In this document: piece by piece, positions 18,152 to 27,480 of the stretch
Layout of the letters: each line of letters opens with the position of its first letter
Position numbering within the stretch: the first letter of the stretch is position 1
Assembly (NCBI GenBank): GCA_029858565.1
Contig: JAOUEV010000036.1
Span: 1-34,637 of the forward strand
Reading direction: 5' to 3'
From: Nitrospirota bacterium
Lineage (GTDB): Bacteria > Nitrospirota > UBA9217
DNA length: 34,637 bases
The notes under the pieces: model-generated
Database searches by the model: none
The model's input: the letters and a program-made list of their open reading frames with translations, nothing else
What the model was told of the DNA's origin: nothing
Program-made: the position numbers and the translations under genes

Positions 18152-19357
18152 CTAAACCCCTTGATTTGCTTTGAGTTCTCCCACTTTGTCCAGAATTTTT
18201 CCAGCCAGTTCCTGCTTGGTCAGAAGCGGAAGTGCATCTACCATTCCCGCCCGGTCGATCAGTACCGCTTTATTGGTCTCGGACGCAAATCCAGTCCCCG
18301 CGCTCCCCACCTCGTTCGCCACAATAAGATCAAGGTTTTTCTGTTCCCGCTTTCTCTTCGCCTCGTTCAGAAGATCATGGGTCTCCGCGGCAAAGCCGAC
18401 CAAGATCCTCGTCCCTTTCTCCGACGCAACCCCCTTCAAGATGTCATCGGTCCGTTCAAGAGATATCACGAGCTCGGCATCATCCTTCTTCACCTTGCGG
18501 CTCAATGCCACTGCAGGTCGGAAGTCTGAGACCGCGGCTGCCATGATGAGCACCTGACATCCGGGAAATCGTTCTGATACGGCTTGACGCATTTCCGCTG
18601 CAGTTGTCACCGGCAGGAACAGGATATCATCTGGCGCTCTCTGCTCGGTAGGACCGCTAATAAGCACTACTTCGGCCCCTCGATCACGCGCAGCAGCTGC
18701 GATCGCGTGGCCCATCCTTCCTGTGGAAGGATTGCTGATGAACCTGACGGGATCGATATATTCACGCGTCGGACCAGAAGTGACGATCATCTTGATCCCG
18801 GCAAGGTCGCACCGGGCCGCAAGTATTTTGACGGCGGCATCCACAATCGATTCCGCCGAAGCCAGCTTTCCCTTGCCTTCCACGCCGCATGCAAGCATGC
18901 CGGTCTCCGGCTCGACGATCCGTGCGCCCGTCTCGCGCAGGGTGGAGATGTTGCGCTGCACGATCGGGTTCCCGTACATGCGCGTATTCATGGCAGGGGC
19001 AATGAGCAGCGGACAATTCGTTGCAAGGAGCGCCGTGGACAGTGCATCATCGGCAATTCCAGCCGCGGCTTTTCCCAGAATATCTGCGGTCGCCGGCGCT
19101 ATGATCGCAAGATCGAGCCCGTCAGTCACGGCGATGTGGCCCAGGGAACCCCAGTCACTGCTCGAGAAATCATCATGCAGCACCGGCCGCCCGCTGATGG
19201 CTGAAAAAGTGAGCGGTGCGATGAACTGTGAAGCGTTGCGTGAAAAGACAACACGTACTTCGGCCCCTCGCTCCATCAAGCGACGGAGTATATCTGCGGC
19301 CTTGTATGCCGCGACACTCCCACTGACACCCAGAAGGATCTTCTTTCCGGACAGCAT
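18152..19357 (-). CDS. coaBC: Phosphopantothenoylcysteine decarboxylase/ligase
   Basis: GVSGSVAAYKA, APATAD, PAMNTRMY, LACG..GKGKL, TSGPTREYIDPVRFISNPSTGRMG, VGFAAET. Confidence 0.97.
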   Translation of the reverse strand: MLSGKKILLGVSGSVAAYKAADILRRLMERGAEVRVVFSRNASQFIAPLTFSAISGRPVLHDDFSSSDWGSLGHIAVTDGLDLAIIAPATADILGKAAAGIADDALSTALLATNCPLLIAPAMNTRMYGNPIVQRNISTLRETGARIVEPETGMLACGVEGKGKLASAESIVDAAVKILAARCDLAGIKMIVTSGPTREYIDPVRFISNPSTGRMGHAIAAAARDRGAEVVLISGPTEQRAPDDILFLPVTTAAEMRQAVSERFPGCQVLIMAAAVSDFRPAVALSRKVKKDDAELVISLERTDDILKGVASEKGTRILVGFAAETHDLLNEAKRKREQKNLDLIVANEVGSAGTGFASETNKAVLIDRAGMVDALPLLTKQELAGKILDKVGELKANQGV

Positions 19358-19374
19358 GTACAGGTTCTCCGAGG

Positions 19375-19815
19375 CTATTCCTCCGAATATTCTTCCTGAC
19401 CCGTATCCTCAGCTGCAGGCTCTTCCTCGGCGTCGGCGACGGCCTCTCCCTCGACAGCCTCGCCTTCTTCGGCGCCGGCCTGGGATTCGGTAAGATAGGC
19501 TGACAGCTCTTTGCGGATCTCCTCTTCTTTGGCGGAAAGCTGCTCCTCAATGCGTTCCTGTTCCTTCCGTTTTCTCAGCTCTTCCTTGGCCACTTTAGCA
19601 TCTTCACCGATAGTGATCTTGTAGGCGCCCAGCAGGCTTTCTTCCAGCGCTACGGTCGTGTCCTTGATCGACCGAGAGACCACCAGCGGCTGCTCTCCGC
19701 TCGACAGGTCGCGGACCCGCTGTGACGCGATGTGCACGAGGCGGAATTTCGAATCGGCCATCCGTTCGTTGAGTTCGATCGGCAGGGTAATTATGTCCTG
19801 AGCCAGTTTGTTCAT
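19375..19815 (-). CDS. rpoZ: RNA polymerase omega subunit with charged/acidic C-terminal extension
   Basis: DSKFRLVHIASQRVRDL..KDTTVALEE; canonical gmk-rpoZ-coaBC order. Confidence 0.88.
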   Translation of the reverse strand: MNKLAQDIITLPIELNERMADSKFRLVHIASQRVRDLSSGEQPLVVSRSIKDTTVALEESLLGAYKITIGEDAKVAKEELRKRKEQERIEEQLSAKEEEIRKELSAYLTESQAGAEEGEAVEGEAVADAEEEPAAEDTGQEEYSEE

Positions 19816-19840
19816 GATAAACCTCCTTACGGTTATCTGG

Positions 19841-20452
19841 TTATTTGAGCATGTCTTCGATCCAGCCGCTCTTGAGAAGTTTCGTCCTGCATCTCTCTGC
19901 GGCGATGATCGATCTCAGTTCAGAAAGCGCCCGGTCAAAATCGCGATTCACTACAATATAATCATAGAGTTCGTACTCACGGATCTCGTCTATCGCTCGC
20001 CGCAGCCTATTGCGAATATCTTCCTCTCGGTCCGACTTCCGGTTCCGCAGCCGCTCCTCCAGGATCGCCAGCGAAGGCGGCATGATAAAAATAAAGACCG
20101 CGCCCTCGTAAGCCGCCCTGATCTGCCGTGCGCCTTGGGTATCGATATCCAGGATCACATCGATGCCGTCATGGACCATGTCGTCCAGGACGCGCTTCGA
20201 TGTTCCATATCGGTTCCCATGCACCTGGGCATGCTCGGCAAAATCGCCGGCCGCTACCATCGTTCGAAATCTATCTTCGTCGATAAAATAGTAATCCCTG
20301 CTGTCAAGTTCGCCGGGACGCGGTTTCCTGGTCGTATAGGAGATCGAATGTGTCAGATTCTCCATTGATTCGGTGATCGCTTTGCAGAGTGTTGTTTTGC
20401 CCGCACCCGACGGCGCGGATACCACGAACAGCGCTCCGTTCCGCGCGTTCAT
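19841..20452 (-). CDS. gmk: Guanylate kinase
   Basis: SAPSGAGKTT, SYTTRKPRPGE, YGTS, LDIDTQGA, IMPPS. Confidence 0.97.
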   Translation of the reverse strand: MNARNGALFVVSAPSGAGKTTLCKAITESMENLTHSISYTTRKPRPGELDSRDYYFIDEDRFRTMVAAGDFAEHAQVHGNRYGTSKRVLDDMVHDGIDVILDIDTQGARQIRAAYEGAVFIFIMPPSLAILEERLRNRKSDREEDIRNRLRRAIDEIREYELYDYIVVNRDFDRALSELRSIIAAERCRTKLLKSGWIEDMLK

Positions 20453-20542
20453 AGATCCTCCTTCTCGGCCAATCCCAGACCTGGGATCCTTCCCGTACAG
20501 AGAAAGGCATTTAGGAGTTCCGGCAGATTGTGTGCCGCTCCC

Positions 20543-21424
20543 CTACTCGATGTTCTGGACCTGTTCTCGGATCTTTTCGAGTTCGGCCTTCATGGTGACC
20601 ACGGTCATGGCGATATGGGAATCCATGGCCTTCGAAGCTATCGTGTTCACTTCCCGTCCCATTTCCTGGATCAGGAAGTCAAGTTTCCTTCCAACAGGAT
20701 CGCCGTCCGTCCCTGCGAGCAAACGACGGAACTGGGTAAGATGGCTGTCCAGCCTCGTCAGCTCCTCGGTCACATCAGTCCTCTCGGCCAAAATTGCTAT
20801 TTCCTGTGCGATCCGCTGGGGGTCCGGCTGCTCCTTTAATATTCGGGCAACGGTTTCGGTCATTCTGCGGCGGGCCTGCTCCACGGTCTCCGGGGCCCGG
20901 TCCCTTACGACCGATGTCATGCTTGCGATGGATTCGAGCCGGCCTGCTATATCACCGGCCAGAGCAGCACCTTCATCGCTGCGCATGGTCCGCAGCCGTT
21001 CCATTGCCTGGTCAAGTGCCGGAGCGAGCATGCTCCATAAGGCTTCGGGATCGTCGCTGGAATCCTCTCGGGATATAACATCGGGAAGCCCAAGGACCGT
21101 TGCAACACTGACCTCGCCGGGAAGCGAAAAGCGATGCTGGAGCTCCCTGACAATAGTGAGATACTGTTCTGCAAGATGATGGTCAGCGGTGAGCTTCACG
21201 GCGGCGGCGTCACTGCCGGTCCTGTTGACGAAAACATCTATTCTGCCCCGGGCAAATGAACCTTGTACGGCCTTCCTGATCCGCGGCTCCAGTGCGCCGA
21301 GGTTTCGCGGCGTTTTTACCTGCACATCGAGATAACGGTTGTTCACCGAGCGCATTTCCACGGAGTATCCGCCCCGCTCACCGCTCTGGTCACCTCTCCC
21401 GAATCCTGTCATGCTTCGAATCAT
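20543..21424 (-). CDS. yicC: YicC/YloC family endoribonuclease
   Basis: MIRSMTGFG, SVNNRYLD, GRKLDFLIQEMGREVNTIASK, EKIREQVQNIE. Confidence 0.95.
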   Translation of the reverse strand: MIRSMTGFGRGDQSGERGGYSVEMRSVNNRYLDVQVKTPRNLGALEPRIRKAVQGSFARGRIDVFVNRTGSDAAAVKLTADHHLAEQYLTIVRELQHRFSLPGEVSVATVLGLPDVISREDSSDDPEALWSMLAPALDQAMERLRTMRSDEGAALAGDIAGRLESIASMTSVVRDRAPETVEQARRRMTETVARILKEQPDPQRIAQEIAILAERTDVTEELTRLDSHLTQFRRLLAGTDGDPVGRKLDFLIQEMGREVNTIASKAMDSHIAMTVVTMKAELEKIREQVQNIE

Positions 21425-21496
21425 ACTACGAGCATCCTCCAGTTGATTACACCATCCCCGCCATCCTCCGCAAAAGCACGCCATGGCATTGGCGGA

Positions 21497-21913
21497 TCAC
21501 TTCGCTGCGTAGCTTCCCTCACCCTTTGGTTCGAAATGGTACGTTTGGACGCATCGCTCGCCACATACCCCCCAAAAATAGCGGACTTCAACTTCCCACG
21601 CAGTGGTAATCGTCATTATTTGCCGATCCTCGTGACGCAAGATCAGGAAATTCTCCGCCGTTAACGGAAGGTCGTACCCTTTTGCCTTCACGGCGAGGTC
21701 ATTCTTTATCTCATCATCCTTCAGCACCTGCCCCATGGTCGCCTTTGATTTAATATCATCTTCCAGGCGCCAGAAGTCCATGTTTACAGAAAGCCACTTA
21801 ATGCCAATATGTACAACTGAAAATATCACAAGAAGCAGCAAGAAAACTTTTAAATTACTTGCACCCCGTTCGCCGGAACATACCATCATGCCACGATCTC
21901 CTCTCGTTGTCAT
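21497..21913 (-). CDS. Single-TM pilin-like protein (DUF4845-like)
   Basis: ERG followed by a hydrophobic helix; ATGA overlap with lepB; position after lepA-lepB matches DUF4845 genes. Start uncertain. Confidence 0.6.
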   Translation of the reverse strand: MTTRGDRGMMVCSGERGASNLKVFLLLLVIFSVVHIGIKWLSVNMDFWRLEDDIKSKATMGQVLKDDEIKNDLAVKAKGYDLPLTAENFLILRHEDRQIMTITTAWEVEVRYFWGVCGERCVQTYHFEPKGEGSYAAK

Positions 21914-22620
21914 CTGATCAGGTTCCCGATGCGTTCCCACCGCAGCCACCGGTCATTGCCGTCCCAGGACCAATAAATGATCAACGCTCTGCCTAGGATC
22001 TTCTCGTATTTCACGAAACCCCATATCCTGCTGTCCTGGCTGTTGTCGCGATTATCGCCCATGACAAAAACGGAGTCCTTGGGCACGGTCACGGGCCCGA
22101 AATTTTTGTCTTTCTGGTCCTGCAGGAACTGAACCAGATGGACCATGGTTCCCAGGCGCTCCGTTCCGATCCGCGCCGGAGAACCGAAGGGCTCGTTGTC
22201 GCGATCATTACTCTTTTCCTCGCCCTGTTCTTCGAATGGAACGACCTCGTTGTTGATGAGCAGTTTTCCGCTGTTGATCTGTATCTTGTCTCCCGGAAGC
22301 CCGATGATACGCTTGATAAAGTTCTTGTCCTCGTTCTCAGGATACTTGAACACGATGACATCTCCCCGCTTTGGCTCCTTCCAGGAGAAGATCCTGGTAT
22401 CGGTAAAGGGGATGCGGGGGCCGTATATGAACTTGTTCACCAGCAGATGGTCCCCGATCGTTAGTGTCGGGATCATGGAACCCGAGGGAATCTTGAAAGC
22501 CTCCACGACAAACTGTCGGATGAACAGCGCGACCACGGCAGCGATAAGGAATGGTTCGACCCATTCCTTGTAAAAAGACTTGATACGCTTTGGTTCTTCC
22601 TGATCATTGTCCTCTGCCAT
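21910..22620 (-). CDS. lepB: Signal peptidase I
   Basis: IPSGSMIPTL, FIKRIIGLPGD, GDNRDNSQDSR.WG. Confidence 0.97.
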   Translation of the reverse strand: MAEDNDQEEPKRIKSFYKEWVEPFLIAAVVALFIRQFVVEAFKIPSGSMIPTLTIGDHLLVNKFIYGPRIPFTDTRIFSWKEPKRGDVIVFKYPENEDKNFIKRIIGLPGDKIQINSGKLLINNEVVPFEEQGEEKSNDRDNEPFGSPARIGTERLGTMVHLVQFLQDQKDKNFGPVTVPKDSVFVMGDNRDNSQDSRIWGFVKYEKILGRALIIYWSWDGNDRWLRWERIGNLIR

Positions 22621-22645
22621 GAAACCTCCGTAACCGCGGGGCAGC

Positions 22646-24457
22646 CTAGTCGCCCATTTTCAACACAGCGAGAAACGCTTCCTGGGGAAGCTCGATGCTC
22701 CCGATCTGCTTCATTCGTTTCTTTCCTTCCTTCTGCTTCTCAAGGAGCTTTCGCTTGCGCGTGATATCCCCGCCATAACACTTGGCAAGAACATTCTTGC
22801 GAAGCGCCTTGACGTTCTCCCGCGCGATCACTTTTGCGCCGACCGCCGCCTGGATCACGACCTCGTACATCTGCCGGGGAATGACCTCTTTAAGCTTTTC
22901 AGCAAGCTGCCGTCCCCGGGACTGCGACTTGTCCCGATGAGTAATAAGCGAGAGCGCATCCACCGGCTCGCCGTTCAACAGCATGTCCAGCTTCACCAGG
23001 TCCGATTCCACATACCCAGAAATCTCATAATCGAGCGACGCATACCCCTTGGTCAGCGATTTGAGGCGGTCATAGAAGTCCATAACGATCTCATTCAGGG
23101 GCAGTTCGTAGTGGATCTGCACCCGGTCGCGAGTGATATAGGTGATGTCCTTCTGGATGCCGCGCCGCTCCTGGCACAAAGCGATCAACGAGCCCACGTA
23201 GGTTTCCGGGGTGATGATCGACGCGTTGATAAAAGGCTCTTCGACTTTCAGGATATCCTGGACCGGCGGCAGCTTCGCGGGGTTGTCCACGAGAACGACC
23301 TCGCCGTCCAGCTTGGTCACGCGATACACGACCGTTGGCGCCGTGGGGATCAGGGAAAGCTTGAATTCCCGCTCCAGCCGTTCCTTGATGATATCCATAT
23401 GCAGCAGCCCGAGAAATCCGCATCGAAAGCCGAATCCCAGTGCCAGGGAGGTCTCGGGCTCATAGGTGAACGAGGAATCGTTCAATCGCAGTTTTTCCAG
23501 GGCGTCCTTGAGCTCAGGATAGTCGTCGCTGTTCACGGGGTAAAGACCGGCGAAGACCATGGGTTTCACTTCTTTATACCCCGGCAGCGGCTGCTGCGCC
23601 GGATGCTGGACATCGATGATCGTATCGCCGATCTTCGCGTCGGCCACCCGCTTGATGCCGGCGATGACATATCCCACTTCGCCTGCGGAGAGCTGCCTGG
23701 TCTGCTCCTGTTTCGGCGTAAACGTGCCTACGGACTGCACTTCATAGAAGCCGCCCGTGGACCACAGTTTTATCTTCTGCCCGGGCCGCACCATGCCCTC
23801 CATCACGCGTACCAGCACGACAACACCCTGATAGGCGTCGTACCAGGAATCGAAGAGAAGCGCGCGGAGTGGCGATGTTTCCTCACCACTGGGCGCGGGG
23901 ATGGTCTTTACGATGGATTCGAGTATCTCGCGCGTCCCGATGCCTTCCTTCGCGGAGGCCGGTATCGCCCCTGCGGAGTCGAGCCCGATGACATCCTCGA
24001 TCTGATGTTTTGCCTCTTCGACATCGGCGCTGGGGAGATCGATCTTATTGATCACCGGAATGATCTCAAGATTATGATCCAGCGCGAGATATACGTTCGC
24101 GAGCGTTTGCGCCTCAACCCCCTGGGAAGCATCTACGACCAGCAGCGCGCCTTCACAGGCAGCCATGCTCCGCGATACCTCATAGGTGAAATCAACATGA
24201 CCCGGCGTATCGATGAGGTTCAGGATGTACTCCTGACCGTCGCCCGCTTTATAGCCCAGGCGCACCGCGTGCGCTTTGATGGTTATGCCCCGTTCGCGCT
24301 CAAGGTCCATATCATCCAGGACCTGGTCCCTTCCTGCGGCGGCCATTTCCCGGTCCGACAGGGCTCCGGTGAACTCAAGCAGACGATCAGCAAGCGTTGA
24401 CTTGCCGTGATCGATATGGGCTATGATACAGAAATTTCTGATATTTTTGTTCGACAT
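22646..24457 (-). CDS. lepA: Elongation factor 4
   Basis: [60 protein letters not shown]. Confidence 0.98.
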   Translation of the reverse strand: MSNKNIRNFCIIAHIDHGKSTLADRLLEFTGALSDREMAAAGRDQVLDDMDLERERGITIKAHAVRLGYKAGDGQEYILNLIDTPGHVDFTYEVSRSMAACEGALLVVDASQGVEAQTLANVYLALDHNLEIIPVINKIDLPSADVEEAKHQIEDVIGLDSAGAIPASAKEGIGTREILESIVKTIPAPSGEETSPLRALLFDSWYDAYQGVVVLVRVMEGMVRPGQKIKLWSTGGFYEVQSVGTFTPKQEQTRQLSAGEVGYVIAGIKRVADAKIGDTIIDVQHPAQQPLPGYKEVKPMVFAGLYPVNSDDYPELKDALEKLRLNDSSFTYEPETSLALGFGFRCGFLGLLHMDIIKERLEREFKLSLIPTAPTVVYRVTKLDGEVVLVDNPAKLPPVQDILKVEEPFINASIITPETYVGSLIALCQERRGIQKDITYITRDRVQIHYELPLNEIVMDFYDRLKSLTKGYASLDYEISGYVESDLVKLDMLLNGEPVDALSLITHRDKSQSRGRQLAEKLKEVIPRQMYEVVIQAAVGAKVIARENVKALRKNVLAKCYGGDITRKRKLLEKQKEGKKRMKQIGSIELPQEAFLAVLKMGD

Positions 24458-24495
24458 AGATATTAATACATCGTTCCCGCTTCACATGATGCTCA

Positions 24496-25452
24496 TCAGG
24501 ATAGAACGCCGACACGGCTGAACGCAACCGCCGCGGCACCGACCATGCCCGCATCATCGCCCAGCACCGATGGTACGATCTTGGTCCGCTCCGCAGGATA
24601 GGCAAAGGCGCGTCTCCCGACCTCGCGACGTACAGCATCGATGAACAAGGACCAGGCGTCCTTTACACCTCCGCCGACCACCACCATTTCAGGATTGAAT
24701 ATATTGATCAGGTTCGCGATCCCGATCCCCAGAAACCTGCCCATTTCATCAACAGCATGCAGCGCATGTTTTTCACCCGATCCCGCAGCCTGGTAGATCA
24801 TTTCCGATGTTGCCGCATCGCGAGCTCCGGCATTCGTACGATCGGAGGCACAGGCCTCCTGGTAGTTCATGATGATTCCGCGGCTTGATGCGTACATCTC
24901 GAGGCATCCCTGGTTGCCGCATCCGCACTGCCTGCCGTCGGGCACAATGGTCATATGGCCGATCTCGCCTGCCATGCCATCGGCGCCGTGCCAGATCCGG
25001 CCTTGAAGGATGATCCCGCCTCCAACGCCCGTTCCCAATGTTAGAAAGATCATGCTCTGGACGTTCTTACCCGCACCGCGCCATTGTTCACCGAGCGCTG
25101 CTGCATTCGCGTCATTCTCGATGAATACCGGGATGCCGAGCACCCCTTCCAATTCCTGCTTCAGCGGGAGATTGTTCCAGTCGGGGAAATTCGGTGATTT
25201 TACCACGACCCCGGAATCTGCGTGGATAACGCCGGGAGCACCAACACCGACAGCCATGACTTTGAGTCCACGTCTTTCGGCATTCCTGAGGTGAATCCTG
25301 ATGTTCTCGATCAGGCGGCGGATCACTTTCTCGTGTCCTTCTACGACACCTGTTGCCTGTTTATGCCTGTCAAGAATGTCACCACCTTCGGTCAGCAGTG
25401 CAGAACGCAGGTTCGTACCGCCGAGGTCCACACCAATGACAGCTCGATCCAC
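24496..25452 (-). CDS. ROK family sugar kinase (glucokinase-like)
   Basis: GVDLGGT, ENDANAAALGE, LGTGVGGG, GEIGH, CGCGNQGCLE; no HTH; GTG start with AGGGGG SD. Confidence 0.92.
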   Translation of the reverse strand: MDRAVIGVDLGGTNLRSALLTEGGDILDRHKQATGVVEGHEKVIRRLIENIRIHLRNAERRGLKVMAVGVGAPGVIHADSGVVVKSPNFPDWNNLPLKQELEGVLGIPVFIENDANAAALGEQWRGAGKNVQSMIFLTLGTGVGGGIILQGRIWHGADGMAGEIGHMTIVPDGRQCGCGNQGCLEMYASSRGIIMNYQEACASDRTNAGARDAATSEMIYQAAGSGEKHALHAVDEMGRFLGIGIANLINIFNPEMVVVGGGVKDAWSLFIDAVRREVGRRAFAYPAERTKIVPSVLGDDAGMVGAAAVAFSRVGVLS

Positions 25453-25501
25453 ATGACCCCCTAACCATTCAATAAAAAAGGATAATCTAGCCGAGCTGTT
25501 A

Positions 25502-25530
25502 ATACTATCATACTGATACTTAAATGTAAA
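25502..25530 (-). promoter_or_regulatory. Putative sigma70 promoter of the ROK-lepA operon
   Basis: TTTACA-N17-TAGTAT with TG extension, in an AT-rich gap. Confidence 0.55.
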
Positions 25531-25578
25531 CAATTAATTGATTTTACAGGGAACAATTATGCGGAAGTTCGATAACTG

Positions 25579-25989
25579 TCAGGTTCGTGCAATGATCAAG
25601 TAGGCCCAATTTATGAGAACGAACAGCACGATCGATATGCGGATGACGAGATATTCCCGGGAGGTAAATAACAGGACAGGACGTTGTATTCTGAACACCA
25701 ACATGGCCACATTCGCTGCAAGGACCGACAGGGCAACGACTATCAAGACTGCGATGAGAGGATTCATGAGGAATGCGCTGCCCAAATTGCCAAATGCCAA
25801 CTCCCGAACAGCCCTAGTAGATCCGCAAGTTGGACAGGGCAGAGCCGTCACCGAGTGAAAAAAACATATCGGCAGGACCGTGAGGAGCGGAAGTGTACGG
25901 GCTGCAACCAGCATAAGAAGAACGATGCAACCGTAGATAATACCGAATTCTATATCACCGGCCACCCGTTTTTTACGTGTAAGTTGCAT
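25579..25989 (-). CDS. DUF2752 family membrane protein
   Basis: PICFFHSVTALPCPTCGSTRA..AFLMNP signature; about 3 TM helices. Confidence 0.8.
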   Translation of the reverse strand: MQLTRKKRVAGDIEFGIIYGCIVLLMLVAARTLPLLTVLPICFFHSVTALPCPTCGSTRAVRELAFGNLGSAFLMNPLIAVLIVVALSVLAANVAMLVFRIQRPVLLFTSREYLVIRISIVLFVLINWAYLIIART

Positions 25990-26044
25990 GGCATACCTTC
26001 ATCCGTCATGTGGGCTGGACACTCTTATCCCCGGCCCGGCGTCC

Positions 26045-26800
26045 CTATTTCCACGGCTGATTGGTCATGGTCCCGAGCGATGCAGCGACCGTACCGAGGA
26101 TCAGCACAGAGAACAGGACTGCTGCAGCGCAGCACATGATCAGGGGAAAGAGGACGACAAATGCAGATTTTCCGCCGGTCGTGCCATGGCTTTCCTTGAG
26201 ACCGATGATCACAAGGACAATGCTCCAGACGATGGCCAGGGGCCATCCACAGAATGGGACGGCCAGGAAGATATTGGCGCCGTAGCTGTATGCGGCGACC
26301 CGAAACGTGGCCTCAAAACCGTTCTTAGCGCCTTGCACGAGCAGCAAGAGAAGATGCAGCAATCCCGACCAGATGAAGAGGTTGAGAATAATGGAGAACG
26401 GCGCAGCAAACGCGATAACAGCGATGTGTATCCCGGACAGAGCGTCAAAGGCAGCCGGTCCCTTGATATCATGCGGCATCATCACGGGAAGGGCGTCATG
26501 GAGCAGCGTCTGCCAGAGATAGAATGCCATGATGCCGACCATCCCGGTGATGAGCGCGTAGACGATCGGGTCCGTCAGGCCTCCGGTGACCGGCATGTTC
26601 TTGAAAAAATTGCCCGGCGCGAATAACGACCCCTTCAGCGTCTCCATGATGCCGCGCAACCCGCCTACCGTGGACCGGTCCTCCCAGGGGGTCCTGGTTC
26701 GACCTTCCACTGCCGGACTTGCGTCGCGAATATTCACGCCGCAACCGTGGCAGAATGGTTGATCAGCACTTACTTCCCTGCCGCACTGGGGACAGAACAT
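26045..26800 (-). CDS. Zinc-ribbon + YIP1-family membrane protein
   Basis: MFCPQCG..FCHGCG; PWE; LFAPGNFF; FEATFRVAAYS; about 5 TM helices; AAGGAG SD. Confidence 0.85.
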   Translation of the reverse strand: MFCPQCGREVSADQPFCHGCGVNIRDASPAVEGRTRTPWEDRSTVGGLRGIMETLKGSLFAPGNFFKNMPVTGGLTDPIVYALITGMVGIMAFYLWQTLLHDALPVMMPHDIKGPAAFDALSGIHIAVIAFAAPFSIILNLFIWSGLLHLLLLLVQGAKNGFEATFRVAAYSYGANIFLAVPFCGWPLAIVWSIVLVIIGLKESHGTTGGKSAFVVLFPLIMCCAAAVLFSVLILGTVAASLGTMTNQPWK

Positions 26801-26871
26801 GCATGCTCCTTGGTAGTGAAGATAATCTTTACTTTGAGGTATGGTTCAGAATGGTTCCTGCAGCGAGACTC

Positions 26872-26901
26872 ACTGTAGCAAATGGGGAAGGATCTTGTCA
26901 A
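26872..26901 (-). promoter_or_regulatory. Putative sigma70 promoter of the YIP1-DUF2752 pair
   Basis: TTGACA-N18-TACAGT with TG extension. Confidence 0.55.
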
Positions 26902-26930
26902 CACCTCTGCCGTGATGCCCTCCGCACGGT

Positions 26931-27425
26931 TCAGGAACTGGTTCCGCAATCCGACGGATCGCCCTGGATTTTCTCGACCGCATGGACCACTGCGGGAAGC
27001 ACCACCTCAAGGTTCTCACGAACCGCGCGGGGGCTCCCGGGAAGGTTGATGATGAGCGTCCGGCCCCTGATCCCCGCAACAGCGCGGGAGATCATTGCAT
27101 GAGGTGTCTTTAAAAGACTTGCGGCCCGCATGGCCTCGGCCATGCCGGGAAGTTCCCTATCGATGACCTCCCGCGTCGCCTCAGGGGTCACATCGCGAGG
27201 TGCAACGCCGGTCCCTCCAGTGGTCAGGATAAGGTCCACCTCGCCGGAGTCTGACAGTCTCGCAAGGGTATCAGCAATAGATCTACGCTCGTCAGGAAGA
27301 ACCTCATAATGGCTGACGGACGCGTTGAGCCGGGCGATGATCTCACGGATTGCAGCACCGCTCTCGTCACTCCGTTCGCCCCTTGATCCCTTGTCGCTCA
27401 AGGTAATGATAGCTGTCCGTATCAT
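26931..27425 (-). CDS. mogA: Molybdopterin adenylyltransferase MogA/MoaB
   Basis: ITLSD, DESG, LILTTGGTGVAPRDVTPEA, SRAVAG, INLPGSP; start trimmed to MIRTAII. Confidence 0.92.
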   Translation of the reverse strand: MIRTAIITLSDKGSRGERSDESGAAIREIIARLNASVSHYEVLPDERRSIADTLARLSDSGEVDLILTTGGTGVAPRDVTPEATREVIDRELPGMAEAMRAASLLKTPHAMISRAVAGIRGRTLIINLPGSPRAVRENLEVVLPAVVHAVEKIQGDPSDCGTSS

Positions 27426-27480
27426 GAACCCCTGCTCCCTGCCTGTCCCGAACATTATCGCTCCGCCAGGAGCCGTCGTA

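Noticed and set aside
20453-20542. Missing remA/DUF370 gene between yicC and gmk
   Set aside because: The gap is only 90 bp with no recognisable remnant; simple absence
24320-24350. Short insertion (MAAAGRDQ) in the LepA G-domain
   Set aside because: A few residues in a variable loop; probably neutral
22937-24400. 487-aa plus-strand ORF (likewise 4958-5941, 6267-7208, 32370-33371 and 33660-34424)
   Set aside because: All lie opposite well-supported genes and lack motifs
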